This document shows positions 44,001 through 52,900 of a DNA stretch of 55,651 nucleotides, in pieces. The position numbers and the translations under genes were made by a program. Every line of letters starts with the position of its first letter. Within the stretch, counting starts at the first letter, position 1. Source of the stretch: a virus (taxonomy: Duplodnaviria; Caudoviricetes); IMG/VR virus record IMGVR_UViG_3300027749_000134, positions 1 through 55,651 of that record; one strand, written 5' to 3'. The notes below the pieces were generated by a model that was given only the letters and a program-made list of their open reading frames with translations, did no database searches and was not told the DNA's origin.

Positions 44001-47000
44001 CAGCACTACCGATGTCTTGAACGTTAGTAACATCTACACCTCCTACCCATATTTTTCCAGTGGTGCCAGATCTTGTGGCTGCTATGTGATACCAGGTATT
44101 GCCAACTGTTCTTCCTTGTCCTACTATATTATTTCCAGTTATGCCCCACAATGGGATATCATTGACGCCTACCAAGGTGCCATAACCAACAAATCTCCAT
44201 GTATTGTTATAGTATTGCAGTTCCCAAAAACGATTTTCAGCAGAGGTCATATTACTTAAAATTGCGTATTGACCAGTGTCAGTGGGCATGGTGCCTGGCC
44301 AGTATACCCAGGCTTCTACGGTAAAATCACCAGAGAATGACCATGCCGATTGATAGGTAGCGGCAATGGTTAAATATTGACCATTCCCAGCAAAACTTAC
44401 AGCACCAGATATTGTTCCTGCACCACTAACTGAAATAGTAGATGTATTGCCGCCTCCGCCGCCTCCGCCACCTGCAACTACCAAATAGTCAATGGTTACT
44501 GCAGATCCAGTACTTCCATACACCGGTAGTTTATATGTAGTTGGTTGATTAGCTGATAATAATAGTGTGGTATTTTTAAAATATGTATCACTGGCACCTG
44601 TAGGATATCTATCTGCATCACCTAAGTTTGCAGGATAGCGGAATACAACAATACCACTGCCACCAGCGCCACCAGCGCCTCGCCAGTCAAACGCACCAGC
44701 AATTTGACTGCCACCACCTCCACCACCTCCTGTATTTGTTAGGCCTGCAATTGCAGGAAGAGTACCTATCCCATCTTTATATCCTGATCCGTCACCACCA
44801 CCGCCTAATCCACCGGGGCCTCCGGTTCTACCAGCATTAGCGGGATAATCGCCACCACCACCACCGCCACCATAAGCTGTAGAAACACCTGTATAATTAA
44901 AGTAAGCACCATCGCCGCCGCGCCCGCCTTCCCACCCTACAAAGCCTTGGCTAGCAACTTCTATTAAACATAGTTGTCCTGGACTAGCATATCCGCCACC
45001 GCCGCCAGAACCGCCGCCGCTAGTTCCATTGATACTTCCTCTACCACCGTTGTAGCCTTGTCCAGGAATACCTGCACCACCTGGAGCATCATATCCGCCA
45101 CCGCCCCCACTTCCGCCTATTTGTCCTGAGCTAGCCTGGGCACCTCCACCACCACCACCGCCTACTGCTCTTACTAAATCACTTTGTATATTTGTAGAAC
45201 TAAATGCATAGAACGGAGACATCATCGATGATGTTGTTACTGCCGTTCCAGATGTTGTAAACGTAACATTATTATTAGAAAAATCAGTGGTTATTGAACT
45301 GTTATTTTGACTAACCAACGTCAATAAAACAGTTTGAGTAGTTATGGCAGCAATTGTACTTCCTGATATTACATTTATACTTTGGCTTGTTGTTAAATTT
45401 TGTGTAGGAGGAGTAAAATTTCTTGTGTATACGGCGGTGCCTTTTACTATACGTACATTTGTAATAAACCCTGAAAATTTACTCGCACCAGCGGCATCAC
45501 TGCCAATTACAAGGGGAACGGCAGGATCGTCCCATAATGTAAAACTAGTGGTGATCGATGCTGTTGAAACACCATTTGCCCATGTTGAAAATGTATTTCC
45601 AAAACGTGTAGCGGCCACATGAGACCAAGCATTGGCAATAACAGGAGTTGTACCCAATGATGTGACAAGCCACCCACTACCGCCGCCATTATTCATAGAA
45701 TATAATTTAACAAGATTATTTTCTAACAATAGAATAAATGCACCTGCACTAGAAACAATACTTGCATTCTTTGTTATAATTTGTTGTTGTGCTATATTCA
45801 CCGCAGTAGGATATATCCAACATTCAATAGTCCAATCTCCTGAGCCAAATGTAAAGTCTGCTGAACTTGGTATTGTTAGATATTGTGTACTACCATTAAA
45901 ACTTAAACTACCACCGGTGCTGAATGGAGTAGCAGCATTGTATGTAACGCTGCCAACATTGGTGATATTAGTATTTCTTAGAGAACTATCATTTAAATAT
46001 GCACCAGAAGATGCTACATTTAATAATAATGATGTATATGTAATGTTAGTTACTGGATTAGTATATACAGTTAACGGCGTAGATGAAGGAACAAAAGTAC
46101 CTGTATAAACTGCCACACCATTGACCAAACGTAAATTACTTATATATCCAGCATAAGTTAGATATTGAGCGCCACCTGCTATGGATATATTAGTAGTAGT
46201 AAAAGTTATTGCATTTGAATAGTTGTAGGTAAGGCTATCAGGTACACCATTGATCCATAAATTAAAATAATTTGATTTTCTTGTTAGTGCTATATGTGTC
46301 CATTTATATGCAGTAATTGTTCCATTGCTAAGAAAGTATTGTGTACCGGGTGGATTCACAGACAATGAATATCCTTGTCCAAACCCAAGTTTATAATTAG
46401 GATCTAAATAAAAGTCCCAGCTTCCGGTAGGTACATCAGGATTTCTTGTATCAATCAACGTGCGATTATAATTTGCACTTGTTTTTTCAGGTCCTGCAGT
46501 GGGATAAATCCACATCTCAATGGTAAAATCACTAGAGCCAAAATTAAATGATGAATTAGATGCTCTTAGTTTAGTATTAAAGAAATATCCCGAATAATAT
46601 GAAAATGTAGTAGATGTTGGATAGAATAAACTATCGCTGCCATTTCCACCGTTTAATCCCGCTGATTGATTTGTTCCTGTGAGAATTGCAGCAGTGCTAC
46701 CACCAGCACCTACCACTACGTTCCAAGTTGTTCCAGAAGTTATATACCCTGTTCCAGCAGGAACTGGATTTGGATAATATCCTGTATAATTACTTAATGT
46801 AGAAAATCCTGTTGGAGGAGCATAGATATTTTCATTACCTGCACGAAATAAACCGTTTAATGTTCCACCTGCTGCGGCACCAGAAAACATTATTAGTCTT
46901 ATAGCATTGGTTCCTGTAAACCCTGTTCCACTTACAGAATTTGGATCAAGATACCAGGTATTATTTTTACCAAAAAATACCTGTGCGGGATTTGCATAGC

Positions 47001-47706
47001 ATTGATATGCAATTTGCAAGGTATCACCTGCAACAAAATTTCCTAATGCTGTTCCACCGGTTGTACCACCAAATCCTGTACCACCAACAAGGTATATACA
47101 TGGAACATTAGTATAACCACTCAATGGTACACCATCTCTAATTAATCCAACAAGTACATCGGCACGCGGTAGTGAGCGTATATATATTTCAAAATAAAAT
47201 GCTCTATTTCCCTGAGCATCAGCTTCGGGCAAAGGCATACTTCTTGCGCCGCCGCTGGCATTTTGTACATTACGCCAATCAAATAGAAAATTACCAGTTG
47301 CTCCTGTAAAATCAGTAACATTAGTACCAGTAATCCAACCACCTGCAACAGCAGCAACAGAAGATGTTGTTGCTGCAATATACAACGGGCTTGGAACTAC
47401 CCTAGATACTGGAGTTAATTGCCCAGTAAGTATTCCTCCAGCACCGCCTCCAGCGGCACCTGCCTGTCCGTTAAAAGAAGAACCACCGGCACCACCACCA
47501 CCAACTGCAAACCACTCTAGTGGGTATACAGTGGAAGTAACTGTGAATATACCCGATGAGGTAAAAATATGGGCAATATACGTTGTGCCATTATAAGTAT
47601 AGGAAGTAATTGTACCACCACGAGCATATGTACTAGTAGTTACATTAGCCGCCGTAGCAGTTGATACATAACGTTGTCTGCGAATTATACCTAAATCAAA
47701 TGGCAT
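38050..47706 (-). CDS. Giant (3218 aa) tail fibre/adhesin: Gly-rich, SPRY-like and LamG modules
   Basis: Same module motifs as 20756-38029, with paralogous N- and C-termini. Confidence 0.85.
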   Translation of the reverse strand: MPFDLGIIRRQRYVSTATAANVTTSTYARGGTITSYTYNGTTYIAHIFTSSGIFTVTSTVYPLEWFAVGGGGAGGSSFNGQAGAAGGGAGGILTGQLTPVSRVVPSPLYIAATTSSVAAVAGGWITGTNVTDFTGATGNFLFDWRNVQNASGGARSMPLPEADAQGNRAFYFEIYIRSLPRADVLVGLIRDGVPLSGYTNVPCIYLVGGTGFGGTTGGTALGNFVAGDTLQIAYQCYANPAQVFFGKNNTWYLDPNSVSGTGFTGTNAIRLIMFSGAAAGGTLNGLFRAGNENIYAPPTGFSTLSNYTGYYPNPVPAGTGYITSGTTWNVVVGAGGSTAAILTGTNQSAGLNGGNGSDSLFYPTSTTFSYYSGYFFNTKLRASNSSFNFGSSDFTIEMWIYPTAGPEKTSANYNRTLIDTRNPDVPTGSWDFYLDPNYKLGFGQGYSLSVNPPGTQYFLSNGTITAYKWTHIALTRKSNYFNLWINGVPDSLTYNYSNAITFTTTNISIAGGAQYLTYAGYISNLRLVNGVAVYTGTFVPSSTPLTVYTNPVTNITYTSLLLNVASSGAYLNDSSLRNTNITNVGSVTYNAATPFSTGGSLSFNGSTQYLTIPSSADFTFGSGDWTIECWIYPTAVNIAQQQIITKNASIVSSAGAFILLLENNLVKLYSMNNGGGSGWLVTSLGTTPVIANAWSHVAATRFGNTFSTWANGVSTASITTSFTLWDDPAVPLVIGSDAAGASKFSGFITNVRIVKGTAVYTRNFTPPTQNLTTSQSINVISGSTIAAITTQTVLLTLVSQNNSSITTDFSNNNVTFTTSGTAVTTSSMMSPFYAFSSTNIQSDLVRAVGGGGGGGAQASSGQIGGSGGGGGYDAPGGAGIPGQGYNGGRGSINGTSGGGSGGGGGYASPGQLCLIEVASQGFVGWEGGRGGDGAYFNYTGVSTAYGGGGGGGDYPANAGRTGGPGGLGGGGDGSGYKDGIGTLPAIAGLTNTGGGGGGGSQIAGAFDWRGAGGAGGSGIVVFRYPANLGDADRYPTGASDTYFKNTTLLLSANQPTTYKLPVYGSTGSAVTIDYLVVAGGGGGGGGNTSTISVSGAGTISGAVSFAGNGQYLTIAATYQSAWSFSGDFTVEAWVYWPGTMPTDTGQYAILSNMTSAENRFWELQYYNNTWRFVGYGTLVGVNDIPLWGITGNNIVGQGRTVGNTWYHIAATRSGTTGKIWVGGVDVTNVQDIGSADLTPANVSKSSALYIGQSGLGSSYRWTGYITNVRITKGQALYNTTFTPATPLSAGANTTVLLLFNTDLTKLFDSSTNAFPVTNNGGVTWENTTLPSLSGSPWTGGSLSFSGGNSITVPYSASAFLLTGDFTVEMWIYPTSFTGPNSHGKMVFSNGGQSGGDTDGYSLIMYSSGLYIVTRRTGGVYSQPAAAPAGGILLFTWYHVAYVRYNGNHNLWLNGVFYSYSGNQITDTIGNSGYPFSIGDESVNSRYNDPFTGYITGVRVINGTAAYTTTLFPSGFIPGIPMADVTNTKLLLNVASSGAYLTDSSSSPLTPANPSGVTFNSNVPSAASVISYSVAGISGGGGGGGGLLAALGYPLPGTLNSDGTYTLNTTTYTITVGSGGSGGTGGASPNNGSSGTNSSISFSNTNIVAYGGGGGATYGQAGSAGGSGGGGTGQTIGGSGIVVQGNAGAPVTYGFINININITAYPGGGGGGAGTTGTTGTVASPTTVGGTGGIGSSSTIITAAIAAYAGVGQVVGTSVYFAGGGSGNGATAGAISYGNGIPGSLSFNGSSYLTVPTSTTFQFGTNNFTAEAWVFRSVAWTAQNIFFCQWSGSTGGTTLSWAVITSNDTNGYARFLLSTDGTAVLTDSISSTVIPLNQWNHIAFVRNSNTFTLYLNGTSVVTYSIGTPSLYAATNTISIGASSAGTQPFTGYITNARIVKGLAVYTGNFTTATSSLQTTQAANPYGGSNTQAILTASYTSLLLVPQSTYDSSIYANVVSNVGGVVYVNTNTPYTIPSNGTGGGGLGGSTSTSGTTGSSGVVVIRYNSVIQDATYTPGTATFINTGGYKTYIFTATGTLSFSTSTLFNTTTYVSGTITSSTINNRAVIDTSYNYLTSNLNTGSLTFTQGSFSPYGSLWSTAFNGTSDYFSFTSTGTAFAQNTFFGANKTFTVESWLYPNGFQTASTSSVILGDASPTGGQLAWSVGIDSQNRPMLYWRDSANTNYFITATNFLSTSSWNHVAWVVNAGTPTIFVNGIYQITTASTISTLTNTTQTQGMVIGAYGAKYYNGFISNLRAVSGTALYSRDPTNLNQKSLYFDGTNQSLSISRSYSLPALGLYLTPYTLECWVFPNVTAGQYIFGTAIYNNNAHFILCTCTSSPGDGGSNLFFGFYNAGMIGALSSTQLPLYRWSHVAGVYDGVQHNLYLNGVKIAVSPGSVAVATITTSTLYIGRKWDVASNCFNGYLSNVRLVIGTAIYTSNFTPPTTSLTSITNTVLLTLLPTDATIVDSSINAVSITPAVTPVFVTGTYPNVLPSFSVPTSPLPASANTVLLTMNSNQFVDSSTSTIALSTGTATSTPKIQRFSPFPLGSAYNPATLGGSALFNGTSDFIYTNTLTSTSTALQLSGSGLSITNISAAQSAATGIFSFSFNNIQGSSGGARSTALRDSGSYYFEVVYNSGDFPLFGLARDTSTGGYSNVPSIYAYDGTGYGGMTGGTTLTAPFSSGDIIRIAYNASTNKVWIGRNAVWYLDPVSTAGSTIPGTGNLRFIIMSGASFGSSTTGTFRYYTANTYSPPAGFTNATYSGGTTIAADAAYNAQGWVSASTDYSTSAIATVNSVSSSYNTGGDFTIEMWLYVNSLAAAQTVFDLAGNYGNTLRPDSLALNLATSGFYSIATNNSTSPNSNRAILPFTWNHIAMVRSGPLISIFQNGSPTLGYNTTTNYSAGQLVIGRNGPTATSYFNGYISDFRIVKRALYSNTFNPPLAPLTTVDLSTSTSLLLNFNQASLIDKTALTNLTPQDGPIISTSVVKYNPGSFYFNGISDYLSITPAGSTATYALGVSDFTVEMWVYALPVSTWVGTQLQPATVRSLFDMRTINLANVGFDIYLTATGTLNFSTTGLIYITGTTPLPTNFWHHIALVRRNNVFVLFLNGIQEGNPYSGSITQNFTNSTIRIGFGVAGVGYFNGYIDEVRITKGVARYSITSTSTYYSGFAIPQKASSVK

Positions 47707-47716
47707 TGCTTAGTTC

Positions 47717-48121
47717 TTATTCAGGTGGATTTTCACTAGGAACTTGTTCAGTAATCAGTGGGATTATTATAACCTTCCACGATACTGTTTCTTCATCCCA
47801 TTGATAATAAGTTCCAGTGCTTGGATCAGCTGCGGGCATTTCAACGGGTGCATCCCAAATACATGTATCTTCATTTAAAATCCAGCTTGGATATGGTTGT
47901 GGTGAATAAAATGCATCGCGTTCTAGATCATATACAGATCCAATGCCTGCATAGTTTTTACGTAAAGGGGTGCCGCCTAATTTATGTTCACCGGCATAGG
48001 TATTATAGCTAGTTTGTACCCAACTTCCAGGATCTCCAAATAAACCAGTATTAATTACATCTTGTTCTACAACAATAACCTGTGTTACTAGACCGTTTTC
48101 AACTTTTGCAAAATGACTCAT
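47717..48121 (-). CDS. Putative tail fibre assembly/accessory protein
   Basis: MSHFAKVENG.V..VIV...WVQTSYNT...RKNYAGIG..YD..RDAFY.PQPYPSW.L.E.TC.W..P...YYQWDE, a type commonly found beside Gly-rich fibre genes. Confidence 0.65.
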   Translation of the reverse strand: MSHFAKVENGLVTQVIVVEQDVINTGLFGDPGSWVQTSYNTYAGEHKLGGTPLRKNYAGIGSVYDLERDAFYSPQPYPSWILNEDTCIWDAPVEMPAADPSTGTYYQWDEETVSWKVIIIPLITEQVPSENPPE

Positions 48122-48203
48122 TTTTATTAACCTTCCGTGGTACGTATATGATATTTATTAATCTAAATATCAATGTGATTAATATTTTTGAAGATTGAAA
48201 AAT

Positions 48204-49181
48204 TTACCAGCTTGTGGCTATAACTATACCATCGCCGCCCTTGCCGCCTGCGCCGGAAGTTGATAAATTTCCTGTAAGACACCCGCCACCGCCGCCACCA
48301 CCGCTGCCAAAAGCACCATCACCGCCTCTGCCACCGCTAGATCCTGCTACTGCACTACCACCGGATGATCCACCACCCGAGCCGCCATAAAAATACCACA
48401 ATCCGCGTATTGGTTGATTGCCATGTGAACCAGCGGTGCCGCTACCCGTTGAAGTACCACCTGCACCACCTGCAATTGTAGGGAATACTCCGGCACCTGT
48501 AATGGCACCGCCAGCATTTCCAGCTGTTGCTGTTGCTGGAAGAGTACCTCCACCTGCTCCCGAGTTTACAATTATTCCTGTGACACCTATTGTAATAGCA
48601 GCACCACCTATAGCACCAATAACGCCAGCAGTGTTAAGGTTATTAGCGGCAGATGAAAAGAATGTTCCAAGCGTACATAAAGGAGCCTGTGCTACAGTAA
48701 CTTGTGCAGCTAATGCACCAGCGGTACCAGCAGTAGCACCAGTACCACCACCTGCACCACCACCACCATTCGCTCTAATTAATAAGTTATTGGCATTTAG
48801 AGCTGTATCAGGATATATAGCAACATAACTATTAATACCAGCTGTACCTGCTACGCCATTACCAGCAGTGGTTAAAACTGCTGTTCCGCCAAGACCGCCG
48901 TTGCCCACCGAGATATATAATACATCAGGTAAGGCCCATGCTGGAAATGTAACAATAGATGGGGAACATGACGCACCACCACCACCACCTGCTGCGGCAC
49001 TAACTGCACCTAGTACACCACTACCACCTCCGCCACCCCCTGCAAATACAAAAAATTGTACAAAGTTAATACCACGCGGTTTAACCCATGTAACCCAGTT
49101 TGCACCGGCTACAGGAGAATTAGCATTAAACACCTGTAGATCATATTTAGGATTACCAGCAAGATGGCTTATATCTAACAT
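48204..49181 (-). CDS. Glycine-rich domain protein
   Basis: TWVKPRG...FAGGGGGGSG...GGGGGG...GGKGGDGIVIATSW. Confidence 0.75.
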   Translation of the reverse strand: MLDISHLAGNPKYDLQVFNANSPVAGANWVTWVKPRGINFVQFFVFAGGGGGGSGVLGAVSAAAGGGGGASCSPSIVTFPAWALPDVLYISVGNGGLGGTAVLTTAGNGVAGTAGINSYVAIYPDTALNANNLLIRANGGGGAGGGTGATAGTAGALAAQVTVAQAPLCTLGTFFSSAANNLNTAGVIGAIGGAAITIGVTGIIVNSGAGGGTLPATATAGNAGGAITGAGVFPTIAGGAGGTSTGSGTAGSHGNQPIRGLWYFYGGSGGGSSGGSAVAGSSGGRGGDGAFGSGGGGGGGCLTGNLSTSGAGGKGGDGIVIATSW

Positions 49182-49184
49182 AGA

Positions 49185-49949
49185 TTAATACTTTCCACCT
49201 ATACCCATTACATACCAACCTGTGGCCACGTTTTGTCCTAGGCCAACAAATACTCTGTATCCCGGTGGCAATGCCAAGTTCATTGGATAGTCAAGTTCGG
49301 TGGTAGCAGCATTGATAGTGGCTGCTGTAGCAGGCAATGACAATTCACCATAAAACATATTGTTAACCACATAGTCTGAAGGGTTTGCCAACTGTCCTGC
49401 TATAATAGGCACGGTTTGTGTAAATGTAGTAAGTGTTGAAGAAAAATAAACATATTCTCCCTGCGATACAGGTCCAGTATATATACGATAACTAACTGCT
49501 CCACTGACACCTGCCCATGACCAACTAATTGAACCCAATGGTCCGACTACGTTAACTGCACTAGATTCAGCAGATTGATTACTTAATCCGCCCCATTGAT
49601 CAATTGCTTGAATTTTAGCATAAAATGTACCAGTGCTTAATGTTCCGCCAGATGCACTAGGAGTACCAGTAGGTGTACCAGGCGTGGTTAATGGAGATAC
49701 AACGTTTAATAAACCTTCATTGATCCATATACGAGCCACAGTTGCTACGTTGGCACCGTCTGCTTTGGCTTTAAATCTTATTCTTTGTATAAACCCGCCA
49801 TTGGTAAGATCTGCTGTAAAAACTGGAACAACATATGTACCTGTACCTGCAAAGTCTGCAACAGCAGAGTTAGTTGAAGAGTTAACGATCAATACACCGC
49901 CCTGTATGTCTCCTACTCTTGAAAAAATTGGGGATGAATTTCCAGCCAT
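49185..49949 (-). CDS. Virion protein of the tail fibre cluster with an Fn3-like insertion
   Basis: MAGNSSPIF...ATVARIWIN...LALPPGYRV...GGKY. The central GGTLSTGTFY...SWAGVSGAVSYRIY segment is Fn3-like. Confidence 0.6.
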   Translation of the reverse strand: MAGNSSPIFSRVGDIQGGVLIVNSSTNSAVADFAGTGTYVVPVFTADLTNGGFIQRIRFKAKADGANVATVARIWINEGLLNVVSPLTTPGTPTGTPSASGGTLSTGTFYAKIQAIDQWGGLSNQSAESSAVNVVGPLGSISWSWAGVSGAVSYRIYTGPVSQGEYVYFSSTLTTFTQTVPIIAGQLANPSDYVVNNMFYGELSLPATAATINAATTELDYPMNLALPPGYRVFVGLGQNVATGWYVMGIGGKY

Positions 49950-49984
49950 GTTTAGTATTCCTTAAATGTGTTAACTGTACGTAT

Positions 49985-52900
49985 TTATGGTAGGTACCAA
50001 CCAGCAGCGCCAGTTATGACAGAATAGTAAGAACTAACACCGGATGCACCTGTATCACCTTTACTGCCCACAAAACCGTTATTTCCTGATGGACCCATTG
50101 CACCCATTGAACCAGTGAATCCATTAGATGCTGTAGCTGGCCCAACCCATGTCCATTCATTAACAGCAATTTTTATCAAAGAACCAATGGCATATTGCTG
50201 ATTTAATATAGGAAAATCAGTATAATGCAGCGTAACCGCACCAGAATATGGAGATATTGTTACAGGTCCTACACCAAATTGTTGAATATCAACTCGTTGT
50301 CCAATTGCAAAAGTAACATCAGCATCACGTGGAATAACTAATGTAGTTCCCACGGCATTGTTTATTTCAATCAAATATCCAGCATCACCGGACACTAAAG
50401 TATATGTAGTACCTGTTTGTACATTGAATGCTTGTACAGCATTAAATCCACCAATACTTCCAGTATATCCAAAACTTCCAGTATATCCAGCTGATCCAAT
50501 ATAGCCAGTGCTACCAGTGTAGCCTTGGCCACCAGTTGGTACAACAAATAACCATTCATTAGAATTAGTTTTTACCAATGACCCTAGACTATATTGAGCA
50601 TTCAGTATAGGATAATCTGTGGATACAATTGTAACACCGGAATCACCTACTACTGTAATACCACCTATACCAATCTGTTCTATATCTAAACGACTACCTA
50701 TTGGAAAGTTTACTGAACTTTCCACAGGTACTGTTAGTGTAATAGGAAGTGTGTTATTTAATTTTAATAGATTTCCAGCATCAGTTAATGCCAATGTATA
50801 AGTTGATGATGTAATGGTATTAAATGCTTGTACCGCACTGCTGAAATTACCCTGACTACCAGTATAACCAAAGCTACCACCAAACCCGGCGCCTGCACTA
50901 CCAGTATATCCTGTTTGTAATACAAAGTTTAATACAGCCTGTCCAAAGTTTCCAGAGTTAGAAACAGTAGATGTAGTTCCACTGATTGTAACTGTTCCGA
51001 GTTGTACAGTGGCAGCAGTTCCTGTACTGCCTGTATATCCAATATCACCGGTTCTACCAAAAGATATAGCCAATGCATCTACTGCTGATGGAATTTGAGC
51101 ACCAGCAACATATACTGAATTTAATGTATAGTATCCTGAATTGTTGACAACAGATAATATAGCAAATACATTGGTTAAAGTATTAAGATTAGAATTATTC
51201 TTAACCTCTAAATATCCTTTTACTGAATTTGAACTAGCACCCATGGAACTAAACCAGGATGTAAGATCTGCTCCATATATATCATTAGCATCCATATATA
51301 TGGCAGTAACTGAAGCCACTGATGTACTATTATATCTAATAGCACCATTTACCAATGAAGTTAACGTAGTAGTGGTTGACTCAAACGCATATTGAAAACC
51401 TGGCTTTTGTCCTTGACTACCAGTATATCCCCTACTACCCCAATATCCTGTAGCTCCTATACTACCTATCCATCCTTGACTACCAACATAACCGATAGAT
51501 CCCATTGGCCCAGTATCACCTAAATATCCCTGAGGACCTTGGATACCTTGACTACCTGTATAGCCAATGATTAATCCAACATCTAACCATGATCCACCAT
51601 TCCATACCCACATATGACCTGTGCTTGTGGTAACATATGTATCATTAAATGCACCTGTATAGCTACTTGGCCAACCTGGCAAATCTAAATATGTTGATGT
51701 TGTTCCTACGATAACAACGCTGGTACCAGTTGCACCTTGACTACCTGTATAGCCAAGTTGTCCTTGGAATCCGCTGGCTGATATTTCAATCCATTGAACA
51801 CTATCACCATCATTGGTCCATACAAGTTCAATACCATAATTAGTATTAAACCAACGGTCGCCGGGTACTGGGAATGGTGGAGCATCGGGAGAATAAGTAT
51901 AAGAACTTTCACCCATGATACCTTGTACACCCTGGATACCTTGTACACCCTGGATACCTTGAATACCTTGAACATTGGCATCATTACCCTGAATACCTTG
52001 TAATCCCTGAATACCTTGGATACCTTGTATACCTTGTATACCTTGGCTACCATCTTGACCTATATATCCAGCTGTACCTTGTATACCTTGGCTACCTGTA
52101 TAACCAATAAATGATCCAGCATCTGTCCAAGCAGTACCGTCCCAGACCCATAAATGACCATTACTTTGAACTATATATCCATCACCGATAGAACCTGTAT
52201 AGGTCATCGGAGTTGGAGGTGTTTGATAACCAGGTAATAAATTATATGTTGAGGTACTACCTTTAATTACAACGCTAGTACCAGCATCACCTTTGCTACC
52301 TGAATATCCTACACTACCGCCATAACCCTGTACACCTTGAATACCCTGTATACCCTGTACACCTTGACCAGTAAGACCCTGTACACCTTGTATACCTTGA
52401 ATACCCTGATAGCCCTGTGTACCTTGTAATCCCTGTGTACCTTGAACACCTTGGCTACCAGTATAACCACGTGGTCCCTGATCACCTGTAGTACCTTGAC
52501 TACCGGTATAACCTTGGCTACCGGTATATGCTCTACTACCAGTATAACCTACACTACCAGTAAATCCAACTCCACGTTCCTGACCACTTATGAATAGTTG
52601 TCCTGTAACGTAAAATGCTCCTGCAACATTTAAATCGCCGCCAATGCCAACGCCACCAACAACAGTTAATGCACCATTGGTACTGGTTGTAGAACTGGTA
52701 GCAGAATATATTGCCACTCCAGTTTTATTCATGGTCATTACATGAGTAGCAGTAGTGGCACCAAAGTCAGTAGTTACACCTGGTAATGCAGTTCCGTCTG
52801 TATAGAATTCAATATTTGTATTAGTGTTAGCATTGGCAATGACTAAATTTTGGCCCTTGTTGATGAGATATCCATCATTTGCGTTTGTTATTCCAAAATC

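Noticed and set aside
20756-47706. Inteins or introns as the explanation for split domains
   Set aside because: The inserts are themselves LamG/SPRY modules in one continuous frame, with no Cys/Ser...His-Asn intein ends or homing endonuclease motifs.
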